64,000 nucleotides of DNA from Candidatus Bathyarchaeota archaeon (GCA_963717465.1 OY970340.1:1184001-1248000), one strand, 5' to 3'; counted from the first letter of the stretch, positions 33,573 through 43,837 are shown. Numbers and translations are program-made. Notes: generated by a model from the sequence alone, not told the origin.

Positions 33573-33843
33573 CGCTTGATTGCTAATTCTTTTTAGAATG
33601 AACTTTAATTTAGAATTTGCGGTTTAAAGACTTCCAACATGGCTTTTCTTTTTGCTTTTACAGCACATTAAGGAAAGCCAAAAGTGGTTGAACACTTTTT
33701 AAGTGAATGCTCGTTTTACAGCTAGAACCAGACTAACTTGGTTTATCTAAATATCCAGTTAGGGAGAAGAAATATAGAACCTGAAAAATCAGCTTATGCT
33801 AACTTTATTACACTCTTGAACAAAGCCAAAAACCATTTTAATT

Positions 33844-33948
33844 TTGTGCTAAGAAAGATGTTTTATATGCAAAAACGTCAATCGTTACAAAATAAATACT
33901 TTGTTTTGTGGCTAATGTGAAAAGAACCTTGCAATTTAACTTAAATAT
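33844..33948 (+). promoter_or_regulatory. Island regulon promoter, copy 7
   Basis: Same boxes at +24/+32/+62/+97. Confidence 0.78.
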
Positions 33949-33980
33949 TGTAGCAAGACCCTCTAACGTGCGGCCGCTAT

Positions 33981-34035
33981 TAACCTTTAGGTGGTGGCTA
34001 TAGGATAGCCAAAGTCCCAACCTGTAGCCACCATC
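33981..34035 (+). ncRNA. Hairpin 4 (sRNA or 5' leader of the SDR gene)
   Basis: GGTGGTGGCTATAGG/CCTGTAGCCACCATC, 15-bp stem. Confidence 0.5.
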
Positions 34036-34066
34036 GCAAAAAGTGGAAAAAGAAGGCTTAAAAGTA

Positions 34067-34833
34067 ATGAAGAAATTAGAACAGAAAGTATCCATTATAA
34101 CAGGCGCTGGTTCCGGAATGGGGAAGGCAATCGCGTTATTGTTTGCTTTGGAAGGAAGTAGAATTGTAGCAACTGATATTGATCAGAATAGGCTAAATGA
34201 TCTTAAAGCTGAAATTAACCAGATAGGGGGAGAAGTAACCACTCTTCTTTCTAATATTGCGAAAAAAGAGGACGTGGAAAATATGATACAAGTGTCAACT
34301 GCGACTTACGGGACACTAGATATTTTGGTAAATAATGCTGGTGTTATGGATAGTTTTGGTGCTGTGCATGAAGTTGATGATGCTACATTGGAAAGGTTAA
34401 TGAAAATTAACTTTGAAGGTCCGTTTAGGGCGATGCGTGCAGCTATAAAAGATGTGTTTTTGCCAAAAAAATCTGGCGTTATTGTTAATATCTGCTCAAA
34501 AGCTGGTATTTGCGGGGGGCAGGCGGCGCGGCTTATACTGCAAGTAAATGGGCTCTAGTAGGATTAACGAAAAATACAGGTTTTCTATACTCTAATTCAG
34601 GTGTACGGTGTAATGGAATAGCTCCGGGCAGCGTTGTAACAAATATTCAACAATCAATAGATCCAGATAAAATGGGCATGTTTGCTGACGCGATGAACGC
34701 TGGATTAGTTATAAACCCAAGAGGAGGCGATCCTGAGGAAATAGCAAGAGTTGCCTTATTCTTAGCAAGTGATGATTCTTCATTTATAAATGGCGTAGTT
34801 ATTCCAGTTGACAGTGGCTGGAGCGCATACTAA
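34067..34833 (+). CDS. SDR oxidoreductase (HSDH-like), frameshift in G-run ~34514-34519
   Basis: TGAGSGMG and NNAG in the first ORF; YTASK and VDSGW in the second. Confidence 0.85.
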
Positions 34834-34919
34834 AATAATTCTTTATGCATGCGGAAGCTAACTCTTTTATTATTTTTAAATTGTGCTTCTTATTATCGGC
34901 TACGAAGTAACCAGAATGT

Positions 34920-35025
34920 ATGTGCTTATGAAGCTATTTTTCTTGCAAGACTGTGAATGAAAACTGCTGAGATACTTTAATTTGTGTCAGAAAACTAAGT
35001 GCGTTTTATAATTTAACATAAATAA
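34920..35025 (+). promoter_or_regulatory. Island regulon promoter, copy 8
   Basis: Same boxes at +24/+32/+62/+98. Confidence 0.75.
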
Positions 35026-35060
35026 TACTCTTCCTGAATAAAATTCGTCATTAAGATAAA

Positions 35061-35726
35061 TTGCATGATACTATGGGGAATTGGAAAACCTTGGAAATAG
35101 ATGATCTTAGAAAAGTAACAGCAGAAGTAAAAATGGAAGAAATGGAGAAATTAACCGACGAACTCATCAAGCAAGGCGTTGACCCCGTTAAAATACTGGA
35201 AGATGGCATAGTAAGAGGCCTCTACGATTTAGGAGAGAAATTTGAAAAACGAAAAGCATTCATCCCAGACTTAGTAAGAGGTGAAAAAGCAGCCAGAAAA
35301 TGCATTGAAAAACTCACAAAACTTCTTCCAACGGCGCAGTCTGGCAAAATTTCTAAAAAAATCGTTATTGGAACAATGCTTAGCCAACATAACATTGGCA
35401 AAAACCTTGTAAGCACCTTCCTATCAATCAACGGTTTTGATGTCATTGATATTGGCGAGAAGAAGGAGCCGTGGGATTTCTATGAAAAAGCCGAGCAAGT
35501 TCACGCAGACATGATTGCGGTCTCATGCATCTTTTTGCCATCCCTGACTAAGTTCCCAGAGTTGATCGACGTATTGAAGCAAATGAAAGTACGCGACAAA
35601 TACAAGGTCATTGTAGGCGGGACTTTAACCTCAAAGAAATGGGCTGAAGAAAACGGTGCCGACGGCTGGGGCTTTAACGCAAACGAAGGTGTACAAGTAG
35701 CAAAGAAACTTCTCGGCGTAGCCTAA
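35061..35726 (+). CDS. Methyltransferase corrinoid protein (variant B12 motif SQHNIG)
   Basis: Cap domain, HNIGKNLV, GFDVIDIG, VGG, GADGW. Confidence 0.88.
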   Translation: MHDTMGNWKTLEIDDLRKVTAEVKMEEMEKLTDELIKQGVDPVKILEDGIVRGLYDLGEKFEKRKAFIPDLVRGEKAARKCIEKLTKLLPTAQSGKISKKIVIGTMLSQHNIGKNLVSTFLSINGFDVIDIGEKKEPWDFYEKAEQVHADMIAVSCIFLPSLTKFPELIDVLKQMKVRDKYKVIVGGTLTSKKWAEENGADGWGFNANEGVQVAKKLLGVA

Positions 35727-36318
35727 TAAACCAATGAGTATCTGAATAAAGCTTGTGAAAAAAAAGGTTATTTGAATGTCATCAAACACAAAAGAAACAT
35801 CAACAAGTGAAATAAAAGAAAGCAAAGAAGCTGAAGAACTCAGGAAAAAATATTTAAAGAAAATTCGCAAAATGCCCGGAATTTGCTAATTCTCACTAAC
35901 AATCGAACAATTGCTTTTATTTGCTGCCTGTTTGCATTATCACGCGTGCAAACTGCTAGTCTGTATCGTAGCGTTGTCTAAACGCCGTTAGCCTAGTTGC
36001 CAAGAATAGAAACGTAAGTCCAAGCATACTTATTTCAACATGCAAATCTCAATAAAGCGATGGCTAATTAGGTCACATTTGTCTTAGGGGGAAGTGCTAA
36101 TTCTTTTTGCATAGCCACAACTGAGGACTTGCTTATTTACTCTTGAAACAAGAGATCTTTGATCCTGCCATTCAATTGAAAAGGGAATACTGAACTGCGT
36201 AACCTTTTGTAGCGGCTGTAAAGTCGGCTGATTCAGCAAAGCTGAACGAAACAGGATTATTCAGTTAAAAAGCATAAAGAATTTGCGGGTTCATTCTTGC
36301 TAAAAGTTCAAAATAAAA

Positions 36319-36424
36319 TTGTGTCTAAAAAATTGTGTTTCATGCAAATATGTGAATGACGATTGCCTAATTGCTTTATTTTGTGATGAAAGCCGAGAAT
36401 GGCTTATAATCTAACTTAATTATC
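36319..36424 (+). promoter_or_regulatory. Island regulon promoter, copy 9
   Basis: Same boxes at +24/+32/+62/+97. Confidence 0.8.
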
Positions 36425-36448
36425 ATCCAAATCGCATAACTTGAGCCA

Positions 36449-38173
36449 GTGATAGAAATGGTCGATAAAAATAATCCTAAGAAATGGGATATTGAAACTG
36501 ACGTTGTGGTGGTAGGGTCCGGGGCTGCCGGTTTATGTGCAGCTAACGTAGCAGCTACTGAAGGAGCGAAGGTTGTTGTGCTGGAAAAGACTGATCAGAT
36601 CGGTGGAGCAACAGCGTTGTCAGGAGGCGGATTGTGGGTGCCTAACAATAAATTTCTCAGAATGGGCTTCAAAGTTGAAGTTTATGATCCGGTTAAAAAG
36701 ACTTGGAGCTTTAAGCGTATCGATGGTGATGTAGGCAGAGAGATGGCTATAAGGTACTCAAAAAAGTGTTCAATGGGATATACAACTGATGAACTCATTG
36801 AAACTTACGTTGATAACGCATGGAAGATGACTGACTATCTTGAAGATCATACACGCGTAAGATGGGGTCATACGCGGTTTATGCCTGAATATTACCCAGA
36901 ATGGGATGGAGCGATAAAAGCAGGCAGAACCATAGAATCACTACTTGTTGATTGTAAACAGATGCCAATGGAACTTGTTGAAAAGCTTCGAATATCGCCA
37001 CAAGGCTTCCCAATGCTGATTGATGAAAATGACAAGTGGGGTGGACTTAACGCGATAGCCACTCCTGGCGCATGGGATATGGAAGCCTTACTTGAAAGGG
37101 GAAATAATCGATTAATTGCACTGGGACTTGGCTTGGTTGGATCGTTGGCTTGGTCGTGTAGAGATAAGGGAATCGACATTATGCTTGAGACTCCTGCAAA
37201 ACACTTAGCGGTTGAGAAAGGTCGAGTTGTTGGTGTAATCGCAGAGAAGAAAGGAAAAGAATTGGCAGTTCACGCTAAGAAAGGCGTAATCTTGTGCGCT
37301 GGAGGCTTCGAATGGAACCCGATAATGACCAAGAGCTTTACAAGAGGTCCGCTGTTTGGACCTATGTCTGGACCCGGTAATGCTGGCGATGGGCAACGTA
37401 TGGGAATGGAGATTGGAGCACAAATGTCGCAGATGCAGGATGCATGGTGGTTCCCAACAACTTACGTCGATGGAGATTCATATGAGGGTCATCCGTCTTA
37501 CAGAATGATTATGTATGATAAGTCTACTCCCGGAACAATATGGGTTAACAAGTATGGGAAGCGGTTCGTTGATGAAGCCATTAACTATAGAAGTGTTATG
37601 AGAGCATTATCCAATTACGATGCCCTCAAACATGACTGGTCAAATTATCCAGCATACATGATCGTTGATGAAGCCTGCCGCAAAAACTATATGGTTGCAC
37701 AATTTCCGCCAGGCGAAGAACTGAGATCACCTCCTTTTACAAAAGGCAATACACTAAGGGAGTTGGCTGAAAAGGTAGGCATAGACCCTAATGGATTGGA
37801 GGAAACAGTGAAGAACTTTAACAAGTTTGCTAAGGAAGGTAAGGATCCAGAGTTTCATCGAGGTGAAAGCTATTATGACTGGTTCTACGGAGACAAAAAC
37901 TTTAAGGGTCCAAGTCCATGCCTTGCACCTCTTGAGACACCGCCGTTCTATGCTATCGCGGTTCTTCCAGGGGTTCTTGGTACTGCGGGAGGCGTTGCGA
38001 TAAACACGAAGGCTCAGGTGCTTGATTACGACAACAAGATAATACCCGGTCTATATGCGGCTGGAAATAACACTGGATGCATTTTAGGCTGGGGTTATCC
38101 AGGTGGTGGATCTACAGTAGGGCCTGCTCTTACTATGGGATATATTGCTGCAAAAGAAATAGTTAAGGAGTAA
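36449..38173 (+). CDS. FAD-dependent dehydrogenase, 3-ketosteroid-delta1-dehydrogenase (KstD)-like
   Basis: GSGAAG, GGATALSGGGLWVPNN, G.DPEFHRGE..YD, LGTAGG, YPGGGSTVG. Confidence 0.8.
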   Translation: MIEMVDKNNPKKWDIETDVVVVGSGAAGLCAANVAATEGAKVVVLEKTDQIGGATALSGGGLWVPNNKFLRMGFKVEVYDPVKKTWSFKRIDGDVGREMAIRYSKKCSMGYTTDELIETYVDNAWKMTDYLEDHTRVRWGHTRFMPEYYPEWDGAIKAGRTIESLLVDCKQMPMELVEKLRISPQGFPMLIDENDKWGGLNAIATPGAWDMEALLERGNNRLIALGLGLVGSLAWSCRDKGIDIMLETPAKHLAVEKGRVVGVIAEKKGKELAVHAKKGVILCAGGFEWNPIMTKSFTRGPLFGPMSGPGNAGDGQRMGMEIGAQMSQMQDAWWFPTTYVDGDSYEGHPSYRMIMYDKSTPGTIWVNKYGKRFVDEAINYRSVMRALSNYDALKHDWSNYPAYMIVDEACRKNYMVAQFPPGEELRSPPFTKGNTLRELAEKVGIDPNGLEETVKNFNKFAKEGKDPEFHRGESYYDWFYGDKNFKGPSPCLAPLETPPFYAIAVLPGVLGTAGGVAINTKAQVLDYDNKIIPGLYAAGNNTGCILGWGYPGGGSTVGPALTMGYIAAKEIVKE

Positions 38174-38193
38174 AAAAGGAAAGGTGAAAAAAT

Positions 38194-39559
38194 ATGGGAT
38201 ATCTATTGTGGGAAGTCTTGGAAAGAACTAGAACTGGTCCAATCATGAAAGAAGACGAATTTGAGGTCACATATTTTCCGACGATACTAAAGAAGGTCAT
38301 CCAAGATTACAAGATCAAATGGGATGGCGAGCCAGTAATGGCAGATGCACAGATGGCTGATGCTATTTTTGAAGCTGGTATACAAGTGCTAGTTCAGTGC
38401 GGATTATACTGCAAAGATACTAAACACATAGTTAAATTCAATGAAAATGAACTGAGAGAAGTTGTCAAAACACGAAAGCATGAGGTTGAGTGGGGAACCG
38501 GCAGAGACGTGCTAAAGATGGGTATTAGAGGTCCTGAGGATAAGCAGCATCCATACTGCCTAAATGCGGGCGGAACAATGGGAAGCAACATACAAGAGTG
38601 GAGGGACGCTGTTTATCTCGCTGCTCGTGAACCGACGACAGATGGAATGATGACGGGAATACTTGAGGCGTCTTTTGGTCAGAAGTCAACGTATGCTACG
38701 CCTACTGAGTCGCTTGCTGTTCATGCTGAATGTGAGTTGATGACTGCTGGGGCGCGCGCTGCGGGAAGGCCTGGTATGTTGCTTGGTTTTCCTGAGACTG
38801 GTACGAGTATGGTTGCGTTGATGCAGGCTTTTGATCCTGGTTACTATACGCCTAAGGAACTGTATGATGCCAGTGCATATACTGCAGGACATGAGGGTAG
38901 TCGTTGATAGGCTTAATCTTGCTTACTTTGCTATGCAGCATGGGATTGTTCCGTGGCAGAGTTGTAGTCCTACGCTGTACGCTTATATCAGTAGTCCTGA
39001 GGAAGCGGCTGTTGAGGGAATGGCTCATTCGCTGGGTCAGATGGCTTATGCAGACGGGTCATTCACCCAGGCAATGAACAACACAATTGATAACCTATAT
39101 GTAGGTACAGATTGTTTTTGGACTAATTCAGCGATGGCTTTGGCTGCAGAAAGAAACATAAAGGTTCCTTGGATTTCCACCGGATTAGGATTAATGCAAC
39201 CTATGACTGACGCTGATTGGTATGCAACAGCATGTAGCTGCATTAATGCTTGTATATCTGGCATGGAAGGAATGTGGATGGTCGATGGTGGTTGCCCCGT
39301 TATCGGTGTAAGATTTGGAAGTGAATTCACACGAGCAGCTGCTGGAATAAAAGTAAGCGAAGGGACCAAGATAATAAAAGAGCTCACCAAGAAATTTGCA
39401 CCGGCTATAAAGGTATTTGACATTAGTCAAATAATGCGCAGTCTTTACTTGGACTATGACCCGGAAACTTTGAAACCTAGAAAGGAAACTGTGGATATGT
39501 ACAATAGGATGACGAAAGAGTTTAAAGACATGGGTTTTGACTACCCAACATGGGGTTAA
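38194..39559 (+). CDS. Pyrrolysine-free MtmB-family methyltransferase (EmtA-like), frameshift at ~38854
   Basis: R..TGPIMKEDEF, AD.IFEAG, AGRPGMLLGFPE (no TAG at the Pyl position), YLDYD.ETLKP. Confidence 0.8.
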
Positions 39560-39770
39560 TGAAGCCCCCATTTTTTTTGATCTAATTAATTTAAAATTAA
39601 AAAATTCTCTAATTCATTTAAAGCAGACATTATTTTCAAACACTAAGAGGGGAGCGTGCACGCGCGAGCAAGCACACATATTGATTCAGAGAAGATGGAT
39701 AACTAAGTGTGAATAGCTCACGCGGTAAGGAGGCACTTTAACCGTAGCCTTGATCTTGCTGTTTCAATAA

Positions 39771-40169
39771 CTAATATTCCACATCTGGAAGATTCTTTGC
39801 AAGCTCAGCCATTCGTGTTATAGTTTTAATGTTCTTCATCATCTTTGAGAATGGTCCTTCAATCTTGTATTTCCCAGTAACTGTTGCCTTCTGAGCATTA
39901 ATCGTTCCTTGCACAACTCCAGCCCATGTTACATAATCACCTAGGAATTTAAAGTCAACTGGATCATTCAGGTTTCCCTCTTTAACAGTAACATTCCCAT
40001 TGTCCCACGTAGCAATAAAAGTCAACGGAGTACCAAAATCAGTAATTTTGTCAGTAAAGACATACGCCCACTTCTCTGTAAGACTTCCCGCTTTCATGAT
40101 CGGATCATTACTCATCGTTTTCGCCCACAAGTCATAATATGCTTGTGTACCATACTTTACTTTCGCCAT
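39771..40169 (-). CDS. SCP2 sterol/lipid-binding domain protein
   Basis: DFKFLGDYVTWAGVVQGTINAQKA.VTGKYKIEG SCP2 pattern; GGAGGTGA SD. Confidence 0.78.
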   Translation of the reverse strand: MAKVKYGTQAYYDLWAKTMSNDPIMKAGSLTEKWAYVFTDKITDFGTPLTFIATWDNGNVTVKEGNLNDPVDFKFLGDYVTWAGVVQGTINAQKATVTGKYKIEGPFSKMMKNIKTITRMAELAKNLPDVEY

Positions 40170-40236
40170 CTTCTTGTCACCTCCTCATACTTTCCGTGTG
40201 CAGGTTTGTGAAGTTGAAAAACTATACTGTCTGATG

Positions 40237-40342
40237 AATATTTATGGTTGAATTATAGCAAGCTAATACTTCTAACACAAAATAAAGATATTTTGAGTTA
40301 CCTATTTACAAAATTGCATGAATAAAAGGTTTTTAAGCACAA
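40237..40342 (-). promoter_or_regulatory. Island regulon promoter, copy 10 (minus strand)
   Basis: Reverse complement has the same boxes at +24/+32/+62/+97, pointing to the SCP2 gene. Confidence 0.8.
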
Positions 40343-40774
40343 TTTGAATTGCACCTTTTTTTTGCTTTCAATCATAAAATTGTTAGCGAAAGGCGATGAC
40401 CGTGATAAAAATCACCAGTGTGCTCCAGAGCGTGTTCTGGGGTTAACTCAAAACCTCCATATCTTTTAAACTATTTTTTAATTTTTTACTTAACTAAAAA
40501 ATTGCCTTGCCATTATCCACAAAAAGAAACTTGGGCATTATCATCATTTTCTTTGCTGCTAATCGTTAATTTTTCTCACCTAGCATGAAATGGAAAGAAT
40601 TAAAATAAATTGGCAATCATCATACATAAAGACCGAAATTTGCATGCGCACTAACGCTTTTATTGCTTGGGTATTTTGAGCCAGCAAACTTGAGAATAAC
40701 GTTTCCAAGTATGGACGATGTGCAAAAATTGTTAAGAACACAAGGCTGGGCTAGATTTGCCGTGTCTTAATTAG

Positions 40775-40858
40775 CAAAAAGAGCTTAAAGGGTGACTATT
40801 CTGCGAAAGTTGGTGCTTCGGCCTAGTTCTATACTCGGGTTCTGACTCGGAAAACACG
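40775..40858 (-). repeat. Degenerate att-like copy of the tRNA-Glu 3' end with conserved flanks
   Basis: TGGTGCTTCGGCC (40811-40823); right flank near-identical to 44140-44177; left flank similar to 51890-51930. Confidence 0.7.
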
Positions 40859-40899
40859 CTTGATAGATTTTTGTTAATATCAATGAAATCGAATTCTGA

Positions 40900-40968
40900 T
40901 AGTGCGGAGGGTAAGGCTTTGAACCCTCATCACGGTGGGGATGTCACTCGCCCTTCACCATCTTTTTT
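40900..40968. repeat. tRNA-3'-like fragment plus hairpin/poly-T element, copy A
   Basis: AGTGCGGAGGGT..TTTGAACCC...GGGGATGTCACTCGC...TTTTTT. Confidence 0.5.
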
Positions 40969-41117
40969 GCAGTACTTTTAGTTTGTTTTCTACGCGTTAA
41001 AGTTGCTTGCTTTTGTGTTGCTCCATAGTTATAATCTTTAGAGTCTAACCTTTTTATTTGCAATGTGTAAAAAATTAGGGATTTATATTTTAAGAACTTT
41101 GTATCATTGGGTTAAAA

Positions 41118-41327
41118 GTGGTTGATATGTCTGCCAATCCATTAGCTTCTGACGAAGTACGAAGAAAAAAGAGAGTAGTTGGTGTAATTGCAATAGTTCT
41201 TTTGCTGTTTTTCACCGTTTTGGATATATTACGATTCATTTCGGTAATAGTGTGGATTATAGCAGATTTGGCTGTGGCGTTAATAGCGAATTTTCTGATT
41301 AGAAGAATTGGAAGAGTAAGCCTCTAA
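41118..41327 (+). CDS. Small 2-TM membrane protein
   Basis: Two hydrophobic helices flanked by basic residues. Confidence 0.55.
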   Translation: MVDMSANPLASDEVRRKKRVVGVIAIVLLLFFTVLDILRFISVIVWIIADLAVALIANFLIRRIGRVSL

Positions 41328-41544
41328 ATACTAATGTTTTGTCTGATGCCTTAAACGCTTGTTACCGCTGGCTAGACTTCATCTGGCTGTTGACGTTAGA
41401 AGTGATTTTGATAGCTGTTGAGGACGGTTTTGATCACGTCTGCGACTTCCAAGATGGTAACCTATTCAGAAAAAGAAAGTAACATGCTGGCGTATGGCAA
41501 CTGCGGGAAACAAGTTTTGCCACCCCTCGGCAATTTACTTATAA

Positions 41545-41609
41545 TGGTGCGCGGGGTGGGACTTGAACCCATGTCAGGGAGATGTCGCCCGCATCGTCTT
41601 CCCTTTTTT
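41545..41609. repeat. tRNA(Leu-like) 3' fragment plus hairpin/poly-T element, copy B
   Basis: Reverse complement of 41545-41571 is TGGGTTCAAGTCCCACCCCGCGCACCA (T-arm, acceptor, CCA); then GGGAGATGTCGCCCGCATC...CCCTTTTTT. Confidence 0.65.
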
Positions 41610-41678
41610 ATAGCGCATTTAAGGTGTCGGGCGATAAGAAATGATATTGGGCAGGGGGCGCATCTATACCTTTCGGCG

Positions 41679-43073
41679 TCAGGGATTGCCTATGTCTGAT
41701 GCTGTCGCGGCCGCCTTGATCAGCTCGCCGTCCTCGGCCAGCAAAAAGCCTGATTGTACAGCTGCATCAGTAGCCTTTCCTACAGCCTTTACATAAGTAT
41801 GGTGGTCGGGGTACAATTTTGAGAGTGTTACTTTATCAAACAGCTTAGTAGTTCCGTAAAGACCCAGGCCGGAAAGCCTGGCGACAGGTACATCGACAAA
41901 GGGGGTGCGGATGCCACCTTTCACATTGCCAAGCTCATCGAGCACAAGTTCTGGGGGATTACCAGCGATCTCGAGTCGGGCAGCGGCAGTCGGGGCAACA
42001 CCGGTGCACACCCATTTGTCGAGTTGGTGAATCGCCGCTCTTGTAATGAAATGCTGTGGTCCCGCATTTATCGGCAGATCGCAATCCGCAAAACCAGAAT
42101 TAGGTCTTGCTACCTCAACTACATTGGCAAACGATGGATCATTACCGGTGTCATCTTTACCTGTGAGCAGATAGAGATCAGCGTGTGCGGTACCCGCCAT
42201 TTCCCACAGCCGGATTTTATCCGTATCGTCCTGCCTTGCCTTATAATAACCAAGCAACATGAGATCCGTTTCCGACTCTAATATCAGAACGGGAACATTG
42301 ATGTCAGTGCGGATGAAAACCTGATCCATATCTGAAAAATCAATATTCTCTTTAGAATTGACCTCAGTTGAATTGTTTTCGAATAATGCGAAACCCGATC
42401 GGCCGTGTAAAAGAAATCCATCAAAGACTTGATCACGGAGCTGGATAGCATTGACATAGGAAGTGAGATGCATAGCGGATTGTGATTCGCCTACCGCCAA
42501 TATACGATCGGCATGGCATCCAGCGAGTAGATTGACGCTGCCCGGGCTACGAATGGCTCTGGCAGCTTGTGAATAAATATCATAGCAATATTCATCCCCG
42601 GGATGGGTTAGTGACCCATAACGTTGCGGATCAGCGGTTTTCAGATCCAATTTGACATTGCCTAATGAAATGGATGAGTGGCCTTCAACTCCTCCACATT
42701 GTGCCGACACGCCAATCCAGATATAACCCCGGCGGAGTAATTCGTTGTGCATAAATATCCAATCGGGTGCGTAATCGAGTCCGCCTGAAACGTTGAGCCA
42801 CTCCATTACAACGGTGCCGTTGAATTTGGCAACATCCAAGGGCTGGCAGACTATAATCCTGGTCTTATAGGCAGCAGATCCCATCGGTTCTACTTCCCAG
42901 ATGCCGTTCGCTGGTAATTCATTGACATTACGATATGATATAGCAGTTCCAGAGATGAAATATTCTTTTGTTTCGTATCCAGCGGCTGTTAGGACTTGAT
43001 TCGATGGTGTGCTCATCAAAAAAGGTACGCTGGGACCGGCGATGGGTCCCTCGATAATGGGAATACTGATCAC
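41679..43073 (-). CDS. Alpha/beta-hydrolase domain protein, GC-richer than its surroundings
   Basis: FNGTVVMEWLNV, GESQSA nucleophile elbow, EMAGTAH. Confidence 0.75.
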   Translation of the reverse strand: MISIPIIEGPIAGPSVPFLMSTPSNQVLTAAGYETKEYFISGTAISYRNVNELPANGIWEVEPMGSAAYKTRIIVCQPLDVAKFNGTVVMEWLNVSGGLDYAPDWIFMHNELLRRGYIWIGVSAQCGGVEGHSSISLGNVKLDLKTADPQRYGSLTHPGDEYCYDIYSQAARAIRSPGSVNLLAGCHADRILAVGESQSAMHLTSYVNAIQLRDQVFDGFLLHGRSGFALFENNSTEVNSKENIDFSDMDQVFIRTDINVPVLILESETDLMLLGYYKARQDDTDKIRLWEMAGTAHADLYLLTGKDDTGNDPSFANVVEVARPNSGFADCDLPINAGPQHFITRAAIHQLDKWVCTGVAPTAAARLEIAGNPPELVLDELGNVKGGIRTPFVDVPVARLSGLGLYGTTKLFDKVTLSKLYPDHHTYVKAVGKATDAAVQSGFLLAEDGELIKAAATASDIGNP

Positions 43074-43336
43074 GATGACACCCTCGCTCGTGCGGTTAAC
43101 TGCGGAATAATCTTGCTACCAATCAAATACAAACCCTCTTCAATTGGCATATTCATTTCTCCCCTTTCCTTCAAATTTGATAATAAAAGGTAAGCTCTAA
43201 GCGTATATTAGGTTAACTTTGGACGTAGTTCTTAACTTCAACTCAGTACTTTTGTGGCTAGTTGACTTTTGTTATTTAACAAGCAAATATACCTGCAGGT
43301 GCGTTGGATTCCACGCAACAGTAAATTGAACAGACA

Positions 43337-43388
43337 TGACTTAAACCCCCAGTTAAGTGGAGATTTCACCTGCAAAGCCCCCTTTTTT
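43337..43388. repeat. Hairpin/poly-T element, copy C
   Basis: ACTTAAACCC...GGAGATTTCACCTGCA...CCCTTTTTT. Confidence 0.45.
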
Positions 43389-43837
43389 CTTAAAAGCAAC
43401 CATTCTGACAGCTAGGACGAGCCCTTCGATACCAATTACTTCTACTTCTTTATCTTTTTCTATCCAGCTCTCCTTTGCCACGGCTTGCCAGAATTCACTC
43501 TTGACACGAATTTCCCCCTTCTGTTTTAAATCAGTAATAGCAATTCCTATTGCGCCAACTAGTATTCTGGACCTGCCTTGACATTGGCAAGCATATCCAT
43601 CCTAACTCCTCTGTAAAGACGAAACGCTCGGAAAGTTAATATCACAATACCGAATATGACAACCAAAACCTGAATTAGTAAACTAACCCTGAAAAAACTA
43701 AGACCTAAAACAATGAAAAACAAAATTAAACCCGGAATCAACGTCCAAAGAATAATCAGAAAAACCCACTCCAAAGGCTTGCTTAGATTCCTCCTTTCTT
43801 CGCATGCTAAAACAAAACCGCCATTCTTAAACCTCAT
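43353..43837 (-). CDS. NfeD-like protein (TM helices plus C-terminal OB fold), frameshift at ~43562
   Basis: After GPE the other frame reads VGAIGIAITDLKQKGEIRVKSEFWQA...VEVIGIEGLVLAV. Confidence 0.7.

Noticed and set aside
33070..33586. 85-aa and 63-aa ORFs over the hairpins
   Set aside because: No protein-like features and no similarity to each other beyond the stems; RNA structure explains the conservation better
33097..34035. Hairpins as a CRISPR array or as C/D or H/ACA guides
   Set aside because: They are inverted stems at irregular spacing, no cas genes are present, and I found no clear C/D boxes, K-turn or ACA tail
34514..34519. Programmed frameshift or phase variation in the SDR gene
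   Set aside because: A single-base loss in a G6 run in an assembly with other indels is more simply an error
38194..39559. Pyrrolysine in the MtmB- or MttB-family genes
   Set aside because: No in-frame TAG; the MtmB split is a frameshift
41545..41571. Complete tRNA gene
   Set aside because: Only the T-arm and 3' acceptor strand are present
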